Assembly (NCBI RefSeq): GCF_037042905.1
Contig: NC_087245.1
Location: 38,132,001-38,196,000, forward strand
Direction of reading: 5' to 3'
Origin: Lytechinus pictus
Taxonomy: Eukaryota
Length of the DNA stretch: 64,000 nt
The translations under genes were made by a program, and so were the position numbers. How positions within the stretch are numbered: the stretch's first letter is position 1; every line of letters starts with the position of its first letter. Positions 63,101 to 64,000 of this stretch are shown one piece after another. The notes beneath the pieces are model-generated. The model made no database searches. It saw only the letters and a program-made list of their open reading frames with translations, and was not told the origin of the DNA.

Positions 63101-64000
63101 ATTTACTATTTTTTACACCAATGCTTTTATATAAGTTTGCATTTTCTCAATGACTATACTTTCTTTTCTTGAGGGGAATTTTAAAACAGAAAAAAAGTTT
63201 TAAAAGCACCATAAAATATTTAAAAGTGAAAAATATGGCAAGGACAAAAAATTTAAGAATTCTAGATCAAGTAAGAGTGTTTTCTTCAAAAAATGATAAT
63301 AAAAAGAAAGTAAAACCATTTTTTTTTTTACATCATGTTGCGATACCTGTGTTTAAAAAAAAGTATTCCAATTCCATTTTGCTTTAGTTCCTTTCCAAGC
63401 AGCCTCCCCGCATGTTAGGTCAAGATATGAACCTGACGGCCAGACGCTAGCCTTCATTCAAACATCCCCAAACACAGGATTTACACAGAGGCATTCCAAA
63501 CTACCGACTTAGTTCAGCGCACACACCCGATATCTCTCCACAAATTAAGCCTTCAAACCGCAACCAGGGAAGAGCAGAAACCGTTTTGATGATAAGCACA
63601 TGATTGCAATGGGAGGTTAAACTTTACAATGATCCTATACAATTACGGAGTAAAAAAAAAATAAAATAAAAAGAGAATTTACATGTTACACACGATCTGT
63701 ACAAATAATTGTTTTCCTTCTGTACGGTGATAATGATGTCCCGTCTTTGATGCAGGGGTAAACATTTTTATACAAGCTGTACGCTGGCCTCGGAAGGTTT
63801 TAAATGGGCCTCAATGGAGTTGCTTTATTTTTGCTGTACACGTAGCCAGACTCGGAACAATATTCATATGCTGTACATGTCCAACAAAACCGTATGGTTG
63901 ATGTATATACACATGCACCGAGCCATAACCCCTCATGCATAAGCATCATACTCATTGGTGTGATCACGGTGTCATCTATTTACAATTCAAACCACTAATT

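Overview
AT-rich, repeat-dense eukaryotic DNA from an invertebrate animal; the repeat types suggest an echinoderm such as a sea urchin, which is an inference. Two complete multi-exon genes lie in tandem on the minus strand, and I reconstructed both by hand with GT-AG introns and consistent phases. TAF5L has 15 coding exons (30971->12583, 605 aa). MCM3 has 19 coding exons (57745->35092, 818 aa) and an upstream E2F site. A CpG-rich block at 2.6-3.1 kb and a small exon-like segment near 1.2 kb may be the 5' end of a third minus-strand gene. The 60.7-64 kb stretch looks like the 3' UTR of a gene outside the window. Introns and intergenic DNA hold many non-autonomous elements: TTAA-flanked Kolobok/T2-like MITEs, 3-bp-TSD Harbinger-like MITEs, 8-bp-TSD hAT-like elements, Helentron/DINE-like elements with ~162-bp cores, tRNA-derived SINEs, LINE 3' ends and a 4.35-kb TA-flanked element. 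I found no intact transposase, CRISPR array or genuine tRNA/rRNA gene, and no clearly new protein-coding system. The most unusual observations are: (1) TA-NNNN-TA palindromic micro-insertions (TAGGCCTA, TAGATCTA, TACATGTA), shown as indels by comparing repeat copies and clustered near gene 5' ends; (2) near-identical inverted MITEs closely bracketing MCM3 exons 3-16, whose circle would be a stop-free 1860-nt frame; (3) a strand-flipping (CTA)n/(TAG)n array with a recurring linker; (4) a triplicated MCM3 splice acceptor.
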